Positions 19,512-30,686 of a DNA stretch of 64,000 nt are shown here, in pieces. The notes under the pieces were generated by a model that made no database searches, was not told where the DNA came from, and saw only the letters and a list, made by a program, of their open reading frames with translations. Source of the stretch: an uncultured delta proteobacterium (GTDB taxonomy: Bacteria; Desulfobacterota; Desulfuromonadia; Geobacterales; DSM-12255); contig CAWBBV010000001.1 in NCBI GenBank assembly GCA_963787125.1, forward strand, positions 128,001 to 192,000. The letters are read 5' to 3'. Positions within the stretch are counted from its first letter, which is position 1, and every line of letters starts with the position of its first letter. Both the position numbers and the translations under genes were made by a program.

Positions 19512-20090
19512 CTATTTGATTGTTTTTACGGACTTAATGACGATTGGTGTCTCAGGAACGTTCTGAAAGACTGAATTCTGTCTCTTCTGCGGCGCAGCGA
19601 CCATTTTGTCGACAACATCCATGCCTTCGATCACCTTGCCGAAGACAGCATAACCGAAACCACGCTGAGTTTCATCGCTATGATTAAGGAAATCGTTATT
19701 AACAACATTGATAAAAAACTGTGCCGTGGCAGAATCAACAACTCCAGTCCTGGCCATTGCCAGAGTCCCCCGGTTATTCTTAAGGCCGTTGCCGGCTTCG
19801 TTCTTGATCGGCGGTCTGTCACCCGGTTTCGGCTGAAGCGCCGCTGTCAAGCCGCCACCCTGCGCCATGAACCCGGGAATTACCCGGTGAAAGATCGTAT
19901 CTTTGTAGTAGCCGCTGTTGGCGTATTCAAGAAAATTTTTGACGGAAAGCGGCGCTTTGTCGGCAAACAGCTCGACTTTGATATTCCCCATGCTCGTCTC
20001 GATAACTGCCACCGGATTCTTATCTGCTGCAAGAGCTGCTGCAGCGAGGGCAAAAGTCAGCAGCAGGGTGAAAAACAGCCGTTTAATCAT
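19512..20090 (-). CDS. ppiA: Periplasmic cyclophilin-type peptidyl-prolyl isomerase
   Basis: Signal peptide, [30 protein letters not shown]. Confidence 0.9.
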   Translation of the reverse strand: MIKRLFFTLLLTFALAAAALAADKNPVAVIETSMGNIKVELFADKAPLSVKNFLEYANSGYYKDTIFHRVIPGFMAQGGGLTAALQPKPGDRPPIKNEAGNGLKNNRGTLAMARTGVVDSATAQFFINVVNNDFLNHSDETQRGFGYAVFGKVIEGMDVVDKMVAAPQKRQNSVFQNVPETPIVIKSVKTIK

Positions 20091-20238
20091 TAGAAAAACC
20101 TCCATATAATTTAGTTTTTTGAGTTTAGGATAAAATCAGGTTTCGGTCAAGTTTGACGAAGCAAGAAAAGGTTGACTTTGCCGTTCGCTGCGGTGAAAAT
20201 TATCAGTTGCGTTGCAAATCTACTACTTGGAGGATCAA

Positions 20239-21651
20239 GTGCAGACTATAAAATTTGGTACTGACGGCTGGCGCGGGGTTATAGCCCGTGAATTCACCTT
20301 CGAAAATGTTGCTATTGTTGCCCAGGCAACCATGGATTATATGACCCAAGCAGGGCTTGCGACTAAAGGTCTGGTGATCGGCTATGACAGAAGATTCCTT
20401 TCGCGGGAGTTTGCCGAGCGAAGCGCAGAGATAGCCGTCGGTAACGGCATCAAGGTGCTCTTGACTGACAATTATTCGCCGACACCGGCAGTTTCCTGGG
20501 CGGTTCGCTCTCAAAGCGCCGGGCTCGGCATCATGATAACCGCCAGCCATAACCCGCCGGTGTACAACGGCTTCAAGGTTAAGGAGGCTTTTGGCGGCTC
20601 GGCACTGCCTTCGACAACCAGGAAAATTGAAGACCAGGTGGCTGTGAATATCGCCAACAACCGGAAGATTCTCTCCACTCCTTTTGCCGAGGCTCTGCAA
20701 GGGGGGATGATAAGCCTCTTCGATGCTAACCGGGAGTATTATGCCCAGCTGGAAAAGTATGTCGACATGGAGCTGATCCGCACCAGCGGCATAGCTTTTG
20801 TCGTTGACCCGATGTTCGGCGCAGGCAGCGGCGCTTTCCCGGTGCTATTGCCAACCTGCACAGAGATTCACGGCGACTGCAATCCCGCATTCGGCGGTCA
20901 GGCACCGGAACCGATCATGGAGCATCTGCTGGAACTTTCCGAGAAAGTGAAGAGCGGTGCTTTCCGCGCCGGTCTGGCTCTGGACGGCGATGCCGACAGG
21001 ATCGGCGCTGTTGATGAAAACGGTGATTTCTTCTCCTCCCACATGATCTACACCGTGCTGCTCAGGCATCTTTACGAACGCAAAGGTCTGCGCGGCGGGG
21101 TGGTAAAAACGGTTTCCACCACCCAGATGGTCAATCTGCTGGCGGAAAAGTACGGGCTCGCCATCTTCGAGACCCCCATCGGCTTCAAGCATATTTGCGA
21201 ACTGATGCTGGAACATGACATTCTCATGGGGGGCGAGGAGTCGGGTGGCCTGGGCGTCAAGGGGCATATTCCGGAGCGGGACGGGGTTCTCATGGGGCTG
21301 CTATTACTGGAAGCAATGGCGATGTCGGGCAAGGGGCTGAGACAACTCCTCAATGAGACTATGGACGAAATCGGCCACTTTTACTATCGGCGGATTGACA
21401 CCCAGATAAACCAGCCTGCCAAGGACAAGCTCATCGCCAGGCTCAAGACAGGCAATATCACCGAAATAGCAGGGGCTAAGATAGAATCGACGAATTTTTC
21501 CGACGGCTTCAAATTCATCTTCAGCGGCGGCTCCTGGCTGCTTATCAGACCGTCGGGGACTGAGCCGGTGCTGCGGCTTTACAGCGAAGCGGGTTCACTG
21601 GCAGCGGTAGAAAAATTTCTTGCCGCCGGACGGGAACTGGCAGGAGTTTAG
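20239..21651 (+). CDS. Phosphoglucomutase/phosphomannomutase
   Basis: FGTDGWRG, TASHNP, DGDADR, GEESGG, RPSGTEP. Confidence 0.95.
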   Translation: MQTIKFGTDGWRGVIAREFTFENVAIVAQATMDYMTQAGLATKGLVIGYDRRFLSREFAERSAEIAVGNGIKVLLTDNYSPTPAVSWAVRSQSAGLGIMITASHNPPVYNGFKVKEAFGGSALPSTTRKIEDQVAVNIANNRKILSTPFAEALQGGMISLFDANREYYAQLEKYVDMELIRTSGIAFVVDPMFGAGSGAFPVLLPTCTEIHGDCNPAFGGQAPEPIMEHLLELSEKVKSGAFRAGLALDGDADRIGAVDENGDFFSSHMIYTVLLRHLYERKGLRGGVVKTVSTTQMVNLLAEKYGLAIFETPIGFKHICELMLEHDILMGGEESGGLGVKGHIPERDGVLMGLLLLEAMAMSGKGLRQLLNETMDEIGHFYYRRIDTQINQPAKDKLIARLKTGNITEIAGAKIESTNFSDGFKFIFSGGSWLLIRPSGTEPVLRLYSEAGSLAAVEKFLAAGRELAGV

Positions 21652-21654
21652 AGT

Positions 21655-21688
21655 GAAAAGGGGGCGTCGTCAGACGGCCCCTTTTTCC
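21655..21688 (+). terminator. Intrinsic terminator
   Basis: gaaaagggggc...ggccccttttt. Confidence 0.7.
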
Positions 21689-21725
21689 ATTGCATAGAGT
21701 TATTGTTATTTCTTTGTTATTTCTT

Positions 21726-21759
21726 TTGACAAGACAAATACTAGTGACCATAATAGTCA
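21726..21759 (+). promoter_or_regulatory. Sigma-70 promoter with overlapping palindromic operator (TA autoregulation)
   Basis: TTGACA-17-CATAAT; palindrome TGACcATAATaGTCA covers the -10. Confidence 0.65.
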
Positions 21760-21785
21760 TATAGTAAAGACTTAGGGGGATATCT

Positions 21786-22076
21786 ATGCAAACCGCGGCG
21801 GTTTCTGAAATAAAGGCTTCACTCAGTGAGTATCTGGGGAAGGTTAAGGCAGGTGAGGATATCATGATTACCGAGCGTGGTCGCCCTATTGCCCGGATTA
21901 TTCCGTTGCGCCGGGATCAGCAGGCCGCTGGGCAGCTGGAGCACCTTGAAAAGAAAGGGCTGCTGAAGATCGGCAGCGGTGGTCTTCCGGACGAGTTCTG
22001 GAGTATGAGCAGACCTCTGGACAATGGCGAGGTGGGTCTTGTGGCGCTGCTTGAAGAGCGGGCGGACGGGCGATGA
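21786..22076 (+). CDS. Phd/YefM-family antitoxin
   Basis: SEIKASLSEYL..VKAGEDIMITERGRPIARIIP; ATGA overlap with toxin. Confidence 0.9.
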   Translation: MQTAAVSEIKASLSEYLGKVKAGEDIMITERGRPIARIIPLRRDQQAAGQLEHLEKKGLLKIGSGGLPDEFWSMSRPLDNGEVGLVALLEERADGR

Positions 22077-22504
22077 AGTTCTGGGACAGTTCTGCTATCA
22101 TTCCTCTTTGTGTCAAAGAGCCTTTAACGGATACGATGATTGAACTTGCCAGGGATGACGCCAATTTTGCCGTCTGGTGGGGGAGTGTTATCGAGTGTTG
22201 TTCGTCACTGGCTCGTCTGCGCCGGGACAGGATTATCACCGAAACGCAGGAAGATCTGTTGCGCGACCTGCTGCAAAAAATGCAGGGACACTGGACGGAG
22301 GTAGAGCCGACGGATGAAGTCCGCTCCCATGCCCGCCGTTTACTGTTGCGCCATCCGCTGAGAGCGGCTGATTCCATGCAGCTGGCAGCAGCGCTGGTAT
22401 GGGCTGATGGCAATCCTGAGCAGCACGGTTTTGTCTGCCTCGATCAGCGTTTGCGTGAAGCTGCCCGAAACGAAGGATTTTTGCTGTTTCCGCAGGGTCT
22501 CTGA
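22073..22504 (+). CDS. vapC: VapC PIN-domain toxin
   Basis: FWDSSA, LRAADSMQLAAA, CLDQRL..AA..EG. Confidence 0.9.
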   Translation: MKFWDSSAIIPLCVKEPLTDTMIELARDDANFAVWWGSVIECCSSLARLRRDRIITETQEDLLRDLLQKMQGHWTEVEPTDEVRSHARRLLLRHPLRAADSMQLAAALVWADGNPEQHGFVCLDQRLREAARNEGFLLFPQGL

Positions 22505-22734
22505 TTTTTTATTAACATGGGTTAAATGTGCATTTGGAGGGATCACCGGTTCACGGGGGGAACCTATAACGCCCTTCACATATTCACATTTGAGGTAAGT
22601 GATCTCCTTGGGCGATAAGGCTGCCCGGCAGGTCAATTGCGGCCCCGTTCAACAAATAAAACCACCAATACCCGCCTCGCAACAGCCTCGCAACAACCGC
22701 TTGACGTTTAACGAGCGGCATTATACTATTTACT

Positions 22735-23192
22735 ATGATCAAAACCTTCCATTGCAAGTACACAAAAGCACTATTTGAAGGTAAATGCCCGCGCCAGTTT
22801 AGAGCCTTTGCTAATGCTGCTGAACGTAAATTACAAATGCTGGCTGACGCTTAGGGACTCGGGACCTACCGATATACCGTTTTACATCTCATCTTAAGGC
22901 CATCTTTGCCGCCCCTTCAATCACAAAATCCTCAGCGTAGCCGTGCTACGCCTGCGGTTTTGCTCAATCAGGAACGACAAATCTGACCTAAATCTGAGCG
23001 TAAAACTGATACATTGGTAAATTCCAAGTCCCTTGCTATTGAAGACCTTCGTTCGCCGCCCGGCAATCGGCTGGAAGCTTTACACGGAGAACGCAAGGGT
23101 CAATGGAGCATCCGCATCAATGACCAATGGCGATTGTGTTTCAGCTTTGAGAACGGAATGCAGTTGATGTCGAGATAGTGGATTATCACTAA
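22735..23192 (+). pseudogene. higB: HigB (RelE/ParE family) toxin pseudogene, interrupted by an insertion and a 1-bp deletion
   Basis: MIKTFHCKYTKALFEG...ERKLQMLADA | insert | AIEDLRSPPGNRLEALHGERKGQWSIRINDQWRLCF; final VDVEIVDYH* is out of frame. Confidence 0.88.
22852..23034. mobile_element. MITE-like non-autonomous element (~183 bp)
   Basis: Imperfect ~45 bp terminal inverted repeats (agggactcgggacctaccgatatacc.. / ..tgatacattggtaaattccaagtccct) and central hairpin cgtagc-cgt-gctacg. Confidence 0.8.
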
Positions 23193-23203
23193 AGGAGATT
23201 AAA

Positions 23204-23509
23204 ATGAACCCAACTAACAAAATGCGGCCAATACATCCAGGCGAAATTTTGCGTGAGGAGTTTCTGATTCCACTAGGCATGAGCGCTCATGCGCTGGCGT
23301 TGGAACTTCGAGTTCCTGCTCCACGTATCAATGATATTGTGCGGGAACGCCGTGCTGTCACACCTGATACAGCACTCAGGCTTGCTCGTTACTTCGGCAC
23401 TACACCGCAATTCTGGATGAACCTGCAGATTAGTTATGATTTGAAATTTGCAGAGATAAAAAATGGACCGAAGATCGCAGCTGAAGTTCACCTGCGACTG
23501 GCTGCTTGA
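23204..23509 (+). CDS. higA: HigA antitoxin (HTH)
   Basis: [36 protein letters not shown]. Confidence 0.93.
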   Translation: MNPTNKMRPIHPGEILREEFLIPLGMSAHALALELRVPAPRINDIVRERRAVTPDTALRLARYFGTTPQFWMNLQISYDLKFAEIKNGPKIAAEVHLRLAA

Positions 23510-23605
23510 AATTCAGTCGAACCTGTGCCTGCAGCGGTTTTCACCGCAAAGGCTCTAAGCCGTTGTCTGGCCGGTGGCACGGCAGACAATGAAAGGGTAA
23601 CAAAT

Positions 23606-26419
23606 ATGGCACACGATAAAATCATCATCAAAGGCGCCTGCGAGCACAATCTCAAGTGCATCGATCTGGAGATCCCCCGCGACCAGTTGGTCGTCATCAC
23701 CGGCATTTCCGGTTCCGGCAAATCGACCCTGGCCTTCGACACCATCTATGCCGAGGGGCAGCGCCGTTATGTGGAGTCGCTCTCCTCTTATGCCCGCCAG
23801 TTTCTGGAGCAGATGGACAAGCCGGATGTGGAATCCATCGAGGGGCTCTCGCCGGCAATCTCCATTGAGCAGAAGACGACCAGCAAGAATCCCCGCTCCA
23901 CCGTCGGCACGGTGACCGAGATTTACGATTATCTCCGCCTCCTTTTTGCCCGCATCGGCAAACCTTTCTGTTACCAGTGCGGCAAGCTGATTGCGTCGCA
24001 AACCGTTTCCCAGATGGTCGATCAGGTTATGGCTTTTCCTGAAGGGACAAAGTTTCAGCTGCTCTCACCCATGATTCGCGGCCGTAAGGGTGAGTATCGC
24101 AAGGAGCTGCAGAATCTCCGCAAGGAGGGGTTCACCAGGGTGGTCATCGACGGGATTCAGTATGAGCTGGCCGAAGATATCCCCCTGGACAAGAACAGGA
24201 AACACGATATCGACATTGTTGTTGACCGCCTGATCGTCAAGGCGGGGATAGAGCGGCGTTTGGCCGACTCTTTTGAAACCGCCCTGCACCATGCCGAGGG
24301 GATTGCCAAGATCCAGGTCATTGACGGCGAGACGACCCTCTTTTCCGAAGCCCTTGCCTGTATTGACTGCTCCATCTCCTATCCGGAAATGACCCCGCGG
24401 ATGTTCTCCTTCAACAACCCCTACGGCGCCTGTCCCGACTGTACCGGCCTCGGTACCCGCATGTACTTTGACGCCGACCTGGTGGTGCCGAACCCGGACC
24501 TCTCCATCCGTGAAGGGGCGATAGCCCCCTGGGAGAAGCGGCTCTCCAGCTGGTATCACCTGACCCTTGACGCTCTGGCCAAAGCCTATGATTTTGACAT
24601 CCGGACTCCGTTCAAGGATCTTGCTCCTAAAGTACAGGAGGTGATCCTGCGTGGGTCGCAAGGTAAAAAAATCGAATTCTGGTGGGAAGAGGACAGCGGC
24701 AAACGGCATACCTATGAAAAGGCGTTTGAAGGGGTACTGAACAATCTTGAGCGCCGCTATCTGGAAAGTGAATCGGAGAGTGTTCGCGAGGATCTGGAAA
24801 AGTACATGAATATTATGCCCTGTCCGACCTGCGCCGGTGCAAGGCTAAAAAAAGAATCGCTCTTCGTCCGGGTGGGTGACAAGAACATCTGCGAGGTCAC
24901 CTCCCTGGCGATCAGGGACTGCCTTGATTTCTTCGACACACTGCAGCTTTCCGAGAAAGAGGCGGAGATTGGCCGGCGGATTCTGAAGGAGATCAGGTCA
25001 CGTCTCGGCTTTCTGGTAAATGTCGGTCTGGATTATCTCTCCCTTGACCGCACCGCCGGGACTCTTTCCGGCGGCGAAGGGCAGCGCATCAGGCTGGCGA
25101 CCCAGATCGGCTCGTCCCTGGTCGGGGTTCTCTATATTCTCGACGAACCCTCCATCGGCCTGCATCAGCGGGATAACGCCCGCCTGTTGATGACGCTGAT
25201 GCACCTGCGGGACATCGGCAACACTGTCCTGGTGGTGGAGCATGACGAAGAGACCATTTTAGAAGCGGATCATGTCATCGACATGGGGCCCGGCGCCGGG
25301 GTCCATGGGGGCGAAGTGGTCGCCCAGGGGACGCCGCGGCAGATCATGGAAAACCCCGCCTCCCTTACCGGCAGGTACCTGTCCGGCGATCTCTGTATCC
25401 CCCTCCCCAAAGAGCGGCGCACAAGCGACAAGGCAATCACCATCAGCGGTGCTACGGAGAACAACCTTAAGGACGTCAGCGTCGATATCCCGCTCGGGGT
25501 GATCACCTGCGTTACCGGTGTTTCCGGTTCCGGCAAGTCAACCCTGATCATTGATACTCTCCACAAAGTCCTTTCCCAGCGGCTTTACCGCAGCAGAGAA
25601 AAGGCGGGGGCGGTCAAGGATGTCCTCGGCCTGGAGCTGCTGGACAAGGTTATCAACATCGATCAGTCCCCCATCGGCAGGACACCACGTTCCAATCCGG
25701 CCACCTACACCGGCGTCTTTGCCGATATTCGCGACATCTTTGCCCAGCTCCCCGAATCAAAACTGCGCGGCTACAAGCCGGGGCGCTACTCCTTCAATGT
25801 CAAGGGGGGGCGCTGCGAAGCCTGTTCCGGGGACGGTATCATCAAGATCGAGATGCACTTTCTCCCTGATGTTTATGTGCAATGCGAAATCTGCAAAGGG
25901 GCGCGCTATAACCGGGAGACCCTGGAGGTCCGCTACAAAGGAAAGAGCATTGCTGATGTCCTCGACATGACCGTCTCCCAGGGACTGCAGTTCATGGAGA
26001 ACATCCCGCGGATAAAGAACAAGCTCAAGACGGTGGAAGATGTGGGTCTCGGCTACATCCGTCTCGGCCAGGCCGCGACCACCCTTTCAGGCGGAGAGGC
26101 CCAGCGGGTCAAGCTGGCCAAGGAGCTCTCCAAGCGGGCTACCGGCCGCACCATCTATATTCTCGACGAACCGACCACCGGACTGCATTTCCACGACATC
26201 GCCAAGCTCCTTGAAGTCCTCCAGAAGCTGGTGGAGGGGGGCAACACCATTGTCATCATCGAGCATAATCTTGATGTGATTAAAACCGCGGACTGGATTA
26301 TCGATCTTGGCCCGGAAGGGGGCGACCGTGGCGGTGAAATAGTCGCTGAAGGCACCCCGGAGCAAGTTGCCAAAGTAACAAGATCCTATACCGGCCAGTA
26401 TTTGCGGAAACTGCTCTGA
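23606..26419 (+). CDS. uvrA: Excinuclease ABC subunit A
   Basis: Two ABC ATPase modules ([21 protein letters not shown]), zinc fingers. Confidence 0.98.
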   Translation: MAHDKIIIKGACEHNLKCIDLEIPRDQLVVITGISGSGKSTLAFDTIYAEGQRRYVESLSSYARQFLEQMDKPDVESIEGLSPAISIEQKTTSKNPRSTVGTVTEIYDYLRLLFARIGKPFCYQCGKLIASQTVSQMVDQVMAFPEGTKFQLLSPMIRGRKGEYRKELQNLRKEGFTRVVIDGIQYELAEDIPLDKNRKHDIDIVVDRLIVKAGIERRLADSFETALHHAEGIAKIQVIDGETTLFSEALACIDCSISYPEMTPRMFSFNNPYGACPDCTGLGTRMYFDADLVVPNPDLSIREGAIAPWEKRLSSWYHLTLDALAKAYDFDIRTPFKDLAPKVQEVILRGSQGKKIEFWWEEDSGKRHTYEKAFEGVLNNLERRYLESESESVREDLEKYMNIMPCPTCAGARLKKESLFVRVGDKNICEVTSLAIRDCLDFFDTLQLSEKEAEIGRRILKEIRSRLGFLVNVGLDYLSLDRTAGTLSGGEGQRIRLATQIGSSLVGVLYILDEPSIGLHQRDNARLLMTLMHLRDIGNTVLVVEHDEETILEADHVIDMGPGAGVHGGEVVAQGTPRQIMENPASLTGRYLSGDLCIPLPKERRTSDKAITISGATENNLKDVSVDIPLGVITCVTGVSGSGKSTLIIDTLHKVLSQRLYRSREKAGAVKDVLGLELLDKVINIDQSPIGRTPRSNPATYTGVFADIRDIFAQLPESKLRGYKPGRYSFNVKGGRCEACSGDGIIKIEMHFLPDVYVQCEICKGARYNRETLEVRYKGKSIADVLDMTVSQGLQFMENIPRIKNKLKTVEDVGLGYIRLGQAATTLSGGEAQRVKLAKELSKRATGRTIYILDEPTTGLHFHDIAKLLEVLQKLVEGGNTIVIIEHNLDVIKTADWIIDLGPEGGDRGGEIVAEGTPEQVAKVTRSYTGQYLRKLL

Positions 26420-27013
26420 TTATCTTGAATACCCGCCTTGAGATGGGGGATTTTCAAACTCTTTTTGGTCAACCCGCTCCGCTGCTGAAGAGAGAGCAGC
26501 CATTCTGCCATTTTTCTCGCCACGCCCTGCCCCGAGCGGCCTGATGAACGCCAGAAACCTTTCCTGCAGCCGCTCGGCCGCGCCGCAGTTGCCGCTGCTG
26601 CGCAGGATCTCAATGACACATTCGGCGGTACAGAGCCCGGAAACCTTCTGGTTTTTGCGCAGATTATAGGCTGATTTTTCGGCAGGCTTGAGGCAGATGC
26701 GGCGGACGTTCTGCAGATAGGGGCTGCGCTGATGAATTCGCCGCGCCTCATGCCAGGTGCCGTCGATCAGGATGACATGGCTGATCCCGGTCAGATCGCC
26801 ACCAGGCTCGTCCGCAGTGCCCGGATAAAGCAGGGCGACGCCGCCTGCAGCGATCTCCTCCAGGAGCCCTGCCGGAGGGGTCAGGCGCTCCCAGCGGAGC
26901 TGCTCGGCAGCGCTACCAAGGACCTCCACCACCAGCTTGCCGGTGTTGGAAGGCTTGGTCAGCTCCTTTGAATGAGTTAACAGGGTGAATTTTATAGTTG
27001 CGGGACTGTCCAT
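26420..27013 (-). CDS. DTW-domain protein (tRNA aminocarboxypropyltransferase-like)
   Basis: THSKE..KPSNTG, IDGTW, Y.LRK, LCTAE. Confidence 0.85.
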   Translation of the reverse strand: MDSPATIKFTLLTHSKELTKPSNTGKLVVEVLGSAAEQLRWERLTPPAGLLEEIAAGGVALLYPGTADEPGGDLTGISHVILIDGTWHEARRIHQRSPYLQNVRRICLKPAEKSAYNLRKNQKVSGLCTAECVIEILRSSGNCGAAERLQERFLAFIRPLGAGRGEKNGRMAALSSAAERVDQKEFENPPSQGGYSR

Positions 27014-27134
27014 AGTGCGATCCTTTCTGCTGAACTTATAAAGCCAATCAAGCTATTAGTAAACAGGGCAATTCAAGTTGCAGTTTGCCTAAAAAGCGAA
27101 AAGAAGCTATCATGACGGCAGCGGAGAGACAATA

Positions 27135-27764
27135 ATGCATGTAAAAACAACAGAATTCATAAAAAGCGCCACCAAACCTGCTCACTACCCGGAAGGGGAT
27201 CTGCCGGAAATAGCTTTTGCCGGACGCTCCAATGTCGGCAAATCCTCCCTGATCAACGTGCTGGTGAATCGCAAAGCGCTGGTAAGAACCAGCTCTACCC
27301 CCGGCAGAACCCAGCTGATAAACTTCTTTGATGTCAACGGCACCTTCACCCTCGTCGATCTGCCGGGCTACGGCTTTGCCAAGGTGCCCCTGGACGTGAA
27401 GCGGCAGTGGGGGCCGATGATGCAGACCTACCTTTCCAGCCGCATCAACCTCAAGGGTGTTGTCCTGATCATCGATGTCAGAAGGATTCCCAAAGACGAG
27501 GATATCCAGATGTTTGAGTGGCTGAGAACCTTCGGTGTTCCGCCCATTCTGGTGATAACCAAGTGTGACAAGGTCTCCAAGAGCGAACGCGAGCGCAATA
27601 TGGTGGCGATTGCCAAGGAGTTCGGCACCGAGCGGAAAGAACTCTGCTCCTTTTCAGCCCTCTCCAGAGAAGGTACTGAAGGGATCTGGAAAAGAATCGA
27701 AGCCCTGCTCCCCTCCGTAGTTGCCCCCCCGGCAGCAGCTATTCCCCTGGCGGCAGAAGGCTGA
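27135..27764 (+). CDS. engB: Ribosome biogenesis GTPase EngB/YsxC
   Basis: [24 protein letters not shown]. Confidence 0.95.
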   Translation: MHVKTTEFIKSATKPAHYPEGDLPEIAFAGRSNVGKSSLINVLVNRKALVRTSSTPGRTQLINFFDVNGTFTLVDLPGYGFAKVPLDVKRQWGPMMQTYLSSRINLKGVVLIIDVRRIPKDEDIQMFEWLRTFGVPPILVITKCDKVSKSERERNMVAIAKEFGTERKELCSFSALSREGTEGIWKRIEALLPSVVAPPAAAIPLAAEG

Positions 27765-27868
27765 TAAACCCTTCTTTTTTATTGCCCTTTTTATAGTCAA
27801 CTGGCATTATTCACCCACAGCGAAGAGCTTATCTTCGCTTTTATTTTTGTCTTTGGAGTGTCAATCAA

Positions 27869-29452
27869 GTGGAAAAACATAATCAGCAGGAGATCGAACG
27901 TCGCCGCACCTTTGCCATCATCAGTCACCCTGACGCCGGTAAAACCACCATAACTGAAAAACTGCTGCTTTTCGGCGGGGCGATTCAGCAGGCCGGCGAG
28001 GTCCGCGCCCGTAAATCGGGGCGCCACGCGACTTCCGACTGGATGGAGATGGAGAAGCAGCGCGGTATCTCGGTCACCTCATCGGTCATGAAGTTTACCT
28101 ACGGTGAACACGAAATCAATCTGCTCGACACCCCCGGCCACAACGATTTCTCCGAAGACACCTACCGGGTTTTGACTGCGGTCGACTCGGTTCTGATGAT
28201 CATTGACTCCGTTAAAGGGGTGGAAACCCAGACAAAAAAGCTGCTGGAAGTCTGCCGCCTCCGCCATACGCCGATCATGACCTTTATCAACAAGCTTGAC
28301 CGGGAAGGGCGGGAGCCGCTGGAACTGCTGGACGAGATCGAGAGTCTCCTCAAGATCCAGTGTGCGCCGATTACCTGGCCGATCGGCATGGGGAAGCGTT
28401 TCCGGGGCACCTATCACCTCTACACCAAAGAGATTACTTTCTTCGATCCTGAAGCTGACAAAGGGGTCGGCGAGATTGTCACCGTCAAGGGGCTTGATGA
28501 CCCGCGCCTTGATGAACTTCTGGGGAGCCAGGTGGAAGAGCTCCGTCACGATGTGGAACTGCTCGAAGGGGCGGCCCACCCGTTTGACCGGGAAAGGTAT
28601 CTTGCCGGCACCCAGACACCGGTCTTTTTCGGCAGCGCGATTAACACCTTCGGCGTGCAGCAGCTGCTGGACACGTTTGTCATCGAAGCCCCGGCGCCGC
28701 TGCCGCGGGAGACGGTCAGCCGCATGGTCTCTCCCTTTGAAGAGCCGTTCAGCGGCTTTGTCTTCAAGATCCAGGCAAACATGGACCCGGCCCACCGTGA
28801 CCGGATCGCCTTCTTCAGGATCTGCTCCGGTAAATTCAGCCGGGGGATGAAGGTCAAGCACCTGCGTCTCGGCCGGGATTTCCAGATCGCCAATGCGACG
28901 ATCTTCATGGCCCAGGATCGGACCAATGTGGAAGAGGCTTTCCCCGGCGACATCATCGGCATTCATAATCACGGCACCATCAAGATCGGCGACACTTTTA
29001 CCCAGGGAGAGGATCTCAAGTATACCGGCATCCCGAACTTCGCCCCGGAGCATTTCCGCAAGGTGCGGCTGCTCGACCCGATGAAATCCAAGGCTCTCGA
29101 AAAGGGTCTGGTTCAGCTGGCCGAGGAGGGGACGACTCAGGTTTTCCGTCCGCAGATGGGCTCAGACTGGATTGTCGGCGCAGTCGGTCTGCTTCAGTTT
29201 GAAGTGGTCATGCACCGTCTTGAGTTTGAGTACAAGGTGAAAGCGACGTATGAACCGGTCAGTTATGTGACGGCCCGCTGGGTAACCGGCGAGCGCAAGC
29301 AGCTGGAGGATTTTCAGAAAAAAGAGATCATGCACTGCTACATCGACGGCGAAGGGAATCTGACCTATCTGGCCGGGAGCCAGTGGCGGCTTGACAATAC
29401 TATTGATACCTGGAAAGGGCTGCAGTTCCTGGAAACACGGGAGCACAGTTAA
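27869..29452 (+). CDS. prfC: Peptide chain release factor 3
   Basis: [44 protein letters not shown]. Confidence 0.98.
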   Translation: MEKHNQQEIERRRTFAIISHPDAGKTTITEKLLLFGGAIQQAGEVRARKSGRHATSDWMEMEKQRGISVTSSVMKFTYGEHEINLLDTPGHNDFSEDTYRVLTAVDSVLMIIDSVKGVETQTKKLLEVCRLRHTPIMTFINKLDREGREPLELLDEIESLLKIQCAPITWPIGMGKRFRGTYHLYTKEITFFDPEADKGVGEIVTVKGLDDPRLDELLGSQVEELRHDVELLEGAAHPFDRERYLAGTQTPVFFGSAINTFGVQQLLDTFVIEAPAPLPRETVSRMVSPFEEPFSGFVFKIQANMDPAHRDRIAFFRICSGKFSRGMKVKHLRLGRDFQIANATIFMAQDRTNVEEAFPGDIIGIHNHGTIKIGDTFTQGEDLKYTGIPNFAPEHFRKVRLLDPMKSKALEKGLVQLAEEGTTQVFRPQMGSDWIVGAVGLLQFEVVMHRLEFEYKVKATYEPVSYVTARWVTGERKQLEDFQKKEIMHCYIDGEGNLTYLAGSQWRLDNTIDTWKGLQFLETREHS

Positions 29453-29458
29453 CCCGGG

Positions 29459-29556
29459 ATTCGGCAGTTGAACGCTGCCTGCATTCGAGCGAACGTGCAA
29501 TTTCTGCAATTCTAAGCTCATTAAGCTCTCTTTACGGCAGCATTCAACTGCCGGAT
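29459..29556. repeat. Short element with ~20 bp terminal inverted repeats (MITE-like)
   Basis: attcggcagttgaacgctgcc ... ggcagcattcaactgccggat. Confidence 0.6.
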
Positions 29557-29559
29557 TAG

Positions 29560-30450
29560 TTAATAATACTCTTCCGAGTAATCGGAAACCTTGTCAAACC
29601 AGGCCGGGTGCCGGCGCGCTTCGGTTAAGGCGGCTTCAGCAGTGGCAATCAGGCGCTGTTTATCTTTTGGATAGCTGCCTGCCAGATTGAGAAAATTAGA
29701 GACATGGTTGGAACGCAATATGGTCTGCTGCGGCTCCAGCCGGTTCACCATCAGCAGAGCCTCCACAAGAACCTGACCGTGGCTGAGCGGCTTGATTGAC
29801 TTGAACCAGTCATCATTGTGGCGCATGAACATGGTCAACAGGGAAAAGTATTCCGGCGACAGGGCATTAATCCACTCCGCCGTGGCAATGGCATGTTCAC
29901 GACTGCGTGTTTGCCCGGCAAGTCCCAGAATTGCCGTAACCGATAGTTTCATCCCCGCCTTTTGCGCTTTCCGGCAAAGAGCAAGCATCTCTTCCGCTTC
30001 ATAGCCTTTAGCTACCGCCCGCAGCGTTTCAGGATCACCACTTTCCAGCCCGAAATAGAGAATCCGCAGCTTCTTAGCCTGTAATACAACCAACTCCGCT
30101 TCGCTTTTAGATTTGAGGCTGTTGGGCGAAGCGTAGGCCGCCACCCTTGTAAGCCGTGGCAGAGTTTCCGCCAGTGCGTCAAGAATGATGTTAAGCCCGT
30201 CCTGGGGATAGATCAGCGCATCGCCATCGGCCAGAAAGACCCGCTGCACGTACTGGCGGTGCTGCAGGGGAACGGACTTTATTTCGGCAACTATCTCGGC
30301 AACCGGGCGGAGACGGAACTTCTTCATCTTATACATACCGCAGAATTTGCAGCTGTTCTGCGAGCAGCCGATTGTTATCTGAAATATAAGACTCTGCCCC
30401 TCGGAGGGGGGGCGAAACAGCGGCTGATCGTAATTTAAAAGATTGTACAT
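29560..30450 (-). CDS. Radical SAM protein, uncharacterised family
   Basis: FRPPSE, GCSQNSCKFCGMY, FLADGDA, GLESG, RSNHVSN. Confidence 0.88.
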   Translation of the reverse strand: MYNLLNYDQPLFRPPSEGQSLIFQITIGCSQNSCKFCGMYKMKKFRLRPVAEIVAEIKSVPLQHRQYVQRVFLADGDALIYPQDGLNIILDALAETLPRLTRVAAYASPNSLKSKSEAELVVLQAKKLRILYFGLESGDPETLRAVAKGYEAEEMLALCRKAQKAGMKLSVTAILGLAGQTRSREHAIATAEWINALSPEYFSLLTMFMRHNDDWFKSIKPLSHGQVLVEALLMVNRLEPQQTILRSNHVSNFLNLAGSYPKDKQRLIATAEAALTEARRHPAWFDKVSDYSEEYY

Positions 30451-30604
30451 AATTGGCAGTTACTCCCTAGCAGGCTACAGTGCGGATGACTGTTTATAGC
30501 ATCATTTCCCTGTCTTTTTGAGGAAAATATGAGCGCGGCATGCGGGAGTGCCGCTGACGTCCGGGGGGGATTCATGTTTGTTGACTCACGTAAAGATTGA
30601 CCTT

Positions 30605-30686
30605 TAGCCACGGATTACACGGAGACACACGGATGAAAACATATGGTTTGTGCTCTATCCGTGTTCATCCGTGACATCCGTAGCTA
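30605..30686. repeat. Palindromic element of three CACGGA units and three inverted ATCCGT units
   Basis: tagccacggattacacggagacacacggat ... atccgtgttcatccgtgacatccgtagcta. Confidence 0.8.

Noticed and set aside
22548..22564. GGTTCACGGGGGGAACC as a Geobacter-type LexA box upstream of higBA/uvrA
   Set aside because: One base shorter than the GGTT-N2-C-N4-G-N3-ACC pattern as I recall it, and far from the uvrA start
28079..29053. Long antisense ORFs (324 aa opposite prfC; similar ones opposite glnS, uvrA and the hybrid kinase)
   Set aside because: Shadow ORFs of GC-rich coding strands with no recognisable motifs
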